Shown: piece by piece, positions 60,151 to 64,000 of the stretch
How the letters are laid out: each line of letters starts with the position of its first letter
Position numbering within the stretch: the first letter of the stretch is position 1
Assembly: GCF_006345805.1 (NCBI RefSeq)
Contig: NC_043011.1
Location: 41,366,464-41,430,463, forward strand
From: Octopus sinensis
Taxonomy: Eukaryota
Length of the DNA: 64,000 nucleotides
Direction of reading: 5' to 3'
The notes under the pieces: generated by a model
The model's input: only the letters and a program-made list of their open reading frames with translations
Databases searched by the model: none
Told to the model about the DNA's origin: nothing
Translations under genes and position numbers: made by a program

Positions 60151-60559
60151 TGAAAAGTGATACCTTAACAGGATTTATGATGACATCTAAATTGTAAAGA
60201 GAGTTGAACCAAAATAGTTTCTGCCTCCTTGTTCTTTGGTTCATTTTGAGTTTGACTTGGATAGGGAGAACTAATTCCTAACATAACCATAGATTCCATC
60301 ACGAGGATATAGAAGTCGGTAATATCGACCCCAGGATTGTATTGATCTTGTAAAACTGAAAAACAAAGTTGATCCCAGATGTGAAGAGATCGAGGTGGCT
60401 TGAACTCAAAAATTAAAGGATTGCAATTAAATAACACCCAATAATTTGTGTTCTATTCTAGCGATTGTATACCCACCCGCCACTCTTGTTCATTTCTTCA
60501 TGGATTAATCAAAAGGAAATAAAAGTCAGTATCCTTGGGTTCCCTTAGAATATTGGTTT

Positions 60560-60770
60560 CAAATTTAGACACAAGGCAAGCATGTTCAGGAAATAAATAA
60601 GTCGACTACATAGACTCCAGTACTCAACTGGTCCTTCTTTTATCGACTCCGAAAGGATGAAAGGCAAGTCGGCTTCGGCGGAACTTGAACTCAGAACGTA
60701 AAGATGGACGAAATGCTGCTAAGCATTTTGCAGGACGTACTAACGATTCTGCCAGCTTCCTACCTTCGAG
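60560..60770 (-). mobile_element. SINE family C
   Basis: Matches the other family C copies. Confidence 0.8.
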
Positions 60771-62269
60771 TTCCCTTAGAAAACTGAAATCAACCAGGAT
60801 TGTGGTCACTTCGAGCGTCTGGAAGTTGACGCGTACAGGAGGAAACGTGAAAATCGAAGGTAATTCCAGAAAGTAGATGGTCTGCAAGGGAATAAGGCAA
60901 AGCCTATGGGTGAATCAGAATGAGTGACCAGAAGAGGAGAGACGAATGTGAAAGGCAGACGATGGGGTAAATATAAATTCACGTATTAAATTGTATCAAC
61001 CCCCATATAGTGGTTCCGTCGATATACGAGAAGTGACAGTCGAGTTTTCCTCAAATGACACTCGGGCATAGATATTGTAGTTCGGGATATATACTGTCAG
61101 GCAAACAAAATATTGGATATTCACAGTTAGAACACTTTCGTTCATGGATCCTTACAATACGCTGACTTGGGAATAAACAACTAAAACACTACCAAATTCA
61201 AGAAACGAGATGGAAAGATAACTGCTTTCGTACAATATCAAAGTTGCTTCCCTGTTCAAATGATTTTATTTTTCTAATTGCTTTATTTTTTACTTTTTTT
61301 TCCTATACTCCTCTCCCTTATTTTCATACTTTCTTTCCATTCTTCCATTTACCAATTCCTCACTGTTCTGATTTTCGGTTTTCCTTTTCTTCTCCAACTC
61401 TCACCTCTCTTGTCTCTCCTTTCTGTTTTTTTTTTTTGAGAATACAATTATTTTATTTTCGTACATAACACATAAACATCTACATCTTTTACAACATTGT
61501 CGTTTTATAAGATTTTGCTGGCAAATGTTTAAATTAACATAAACTATTATTTACATGAAGGAAAATGACCGGAGAACTTTCATTTAATTCTTCCATATCC
61601 TTCTCTTAAAACTGTATTGAAACCATTTGTGGGGATTTTCTTTTATCACAGCAACTAGTCGCACACCACAAGGTTTAAAGGAAGCTACTAAAGCAAGCCA
61701 GCACGCTATTAATACACCATTCGCCCATCTTATATATATATATATACACACACATAAATGAATTCTAGGTTTATAATATATTTTAATTTCTAAAGGTGAA
61801 TTCACTGCAGTTACCGCAAAGAAAAATATTCCCTCATATGGTAAAAGGTGTAAAACCATTTACCACATTTTTCACCCCACTATATATATACATTAAGATA
61901 GACTATTATTTTCCTCTTCATTTTATTTCTTTTTGCTCCTTCCACCAATTTTCATTATACTTTTCTCCTTCGCTCCTCGCATTTTATACTCTCTCTCTCT
62001 CTTTCTTTCTCTCACTACTTTTTCCAAATAATCATTTCTTCCCATCCCCTCTCTCACTTTCCCTCCTTTTCTTTATCTCCCTCTCTCTGTCACTCTTCTA
62101 TACTTTCTCTTATTTCCTCTCTTATTCTCTGTATTTGTTTTTGCTCTCTCCCTCTTACTCGTGGTTTTTGCTTTTCTTCACTTCTCTCTACTCCTCCTCT
62201 CCTAATTCCATCTTTCTTATTCTTTGTTTGTTTTCTCTCTTCTTCACTCTCTCTCTCTCTCTCTCATCC

Positions 62270-62303
<34 letters not shown>

Positions 62304-62390
62304 TTTATTTCCTCCCCCCTCTTTTTGTATTCATTTGCTACTTTTTCTCTCACCACAACTACTATAACTGATCACAGACGCTAAAGAACT

Positions 62391-62442
62391 ACTTCCGGTT
62401 ACGAAAAATAATAAAATTATGAAAACGAGTAGCGTTTCCGGT
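62391..62442. promoter_or_regulatory. Candidate promoter with two ETS-type TTCCGG motifs
   Basis: ACTTCCGGTT (62391) and GTTTCCGGTT (62434) at the switch between pyrimidine-rich and purine-rich flanks. Confidence 0.3.
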
Positions 62443-63038
62443 TTAAGATTTTAAAATATAATAGAGAGGAATAGTGGGAGGATGAGTGAGAAAGAAAGAA
62501 AGAAAGAAAAAACAAAATACAGAGAGGGAGAGGGAAAGAAAGTAAAAATAAGAAAGAGTGAGACAGAAGAAAGAGAGTGAGTTAGAGTAAAGCAGCGCAA
62601 ATAACAGAGAGGGAGTGAGGGGGAAAGACTAAGAATAAGACGGAGAAAAAGAGAGATAAAGTGAATAGCAGGGAGGGAAAAAAGAAAGGAAGATAAAGTA
62701 AGAATAAAAGAGCGACAGAGTAAATAAGAGAGAGTGAGAGTAAAGGAGGAAGTGAATGTTTATTTAATTGTATTTCTATATTAAGAGGACAAAAACAGAG
62801 AGAAAACGAGGAAGATAATGATATATTTATATATACGTAGATATATATATATGAATATAAATACATTTGTCAAATAATAAATAATTTTAATTAATGAGAG
62901 AAGATGAATTCAGAAGGCTTTTTTGGAAAGATTTGGAGTCTTGTGTAAGGAAAGAAGCGCATAGACAGACAGAATAACAACAAACATTATAATAATAATT
63001 ATATCAAATAATAATTACACCAATAGTATATATATATA

Positions 63039-63092
<54 letters not shown>

Positions 63093-63380
63093 GTATATGA
63101 ATGGTATTGGTGATTCATAATGTGAATGGGACTTCAATTATGTGAAAACAACATTTGCTTCCTCCTATCTTTGAAAAGAATATTGGAGGTTTTGAACATC
63201 ATTATCCTTCAGTAATATATTCTTCATTATTACCACTGTCATCACCAACACAATCATAATCATTATCTTCATCATCATCAACAACATCATCGTCGTCACC
63301 AGTGTTATTGGTCACCACCGCCACATGCTGTCTCGTACCTGAAACGCATCGGCATTATTAAACATACATATATATGTGTG

Positions 63381-63416
<36 letters not shown>

Positions 63417-64000
63417 AACATATTTACGTAAATATACATGAGTGTATGTGTATTGTATGTTTAGTTAAGTCTTTGGACTAACGGTTCTCAGGCGGGACCA
63501 GCACCAAGATCTTCTCAGAACATACACACAGACATACACATATTTCTTTTTTCTTTTTTTTAAAAAAGAAAAAGAAAAAAAAAGGACGAATTCGGCCGAG
63601 GAACCATGTCACAGGATTTGCATTATTTGGTCACCAAACAAGAAGGCAGAAAGCAACATCGACACAGAGACATGTTTGACCAAATTCTTTCCTAGATATA
63701 TCTACAGCGACCATTCCTTCGTTTCCTCCAGAACACAGTATGTATCAAATATGTATTTATATGTATATAGTCTCTGTCTCCATAGATATACACATATACA
63801 TGTCTGTCTACTATCATCTATGTACCTACATTATATATTGATTCTGTACGTAATAGAAGTCTACATTATATATATATATATACACACTTACACGAATGTA
63901 TTTTTATATACATGTATATATGTAGCTATGTATGATTATACATAATGTATATAGATGTATATAGGTATGTATTTATGTATTTGGGTACTTGTATATATAT

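Noticed and set aside
2190-63945. Many ORF-track entries rich in Y/I/C/V/H/T (e.g. 29975-30910, 36633-38167)
   Set aside because: They are translations of (TA)n, (CA)n, (GATA)n and (TAG)n microsatellites with no splice or homology support.

Overview
AT-rich, microsatellite-dense eukaryotic genomic DNA. The repeat content (tRNA-derived SINEs, RTE and CR1-group LINEs, very long (TA)/(GT)/(GATA) arrays) points to a coleoid cephalopod, most likely Octopus; this is inference, not a database match. There is one host gene, on the minus strand: an intact 8-coding-exon TRMT1L-like tRNA (guanine-N2) dimethyltransferase (CDS 54214->16181; 2601 nt, 866 aa). All seven introns are GT-AG, and I checked their phases by hand. 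The rest is transposon-derived: two CR1/L2-group LINEs plus a 3' fragment, two RTE LINEs, decayed Tc1, mariner, maT-like and pogo DNA transposons, two non-autonomous Helitrons, several MITE/foldback elements, Penelope-like remnants with minimal hammerhead-like motifs, and dozens of SINE copies. I found no rRNA, tRNA genes or CRISPR arrays, and nothing here is a proven new system. The best leads are a non-canonical DAHG catalytic motif and large low-complexity expansions in TRMT1L, an in-frame uORF separated from its start by a single TGA, a SINE/LINE shared 3' stem-loop, hammerhead-like motifs, and several long inverted repeats that could form intronic dsRNA. Repeat boundaries are approximate unless termini or TSDs are quoted. 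Comparisons with human TRMT1L and named repeat domains are from recall and need alignment.
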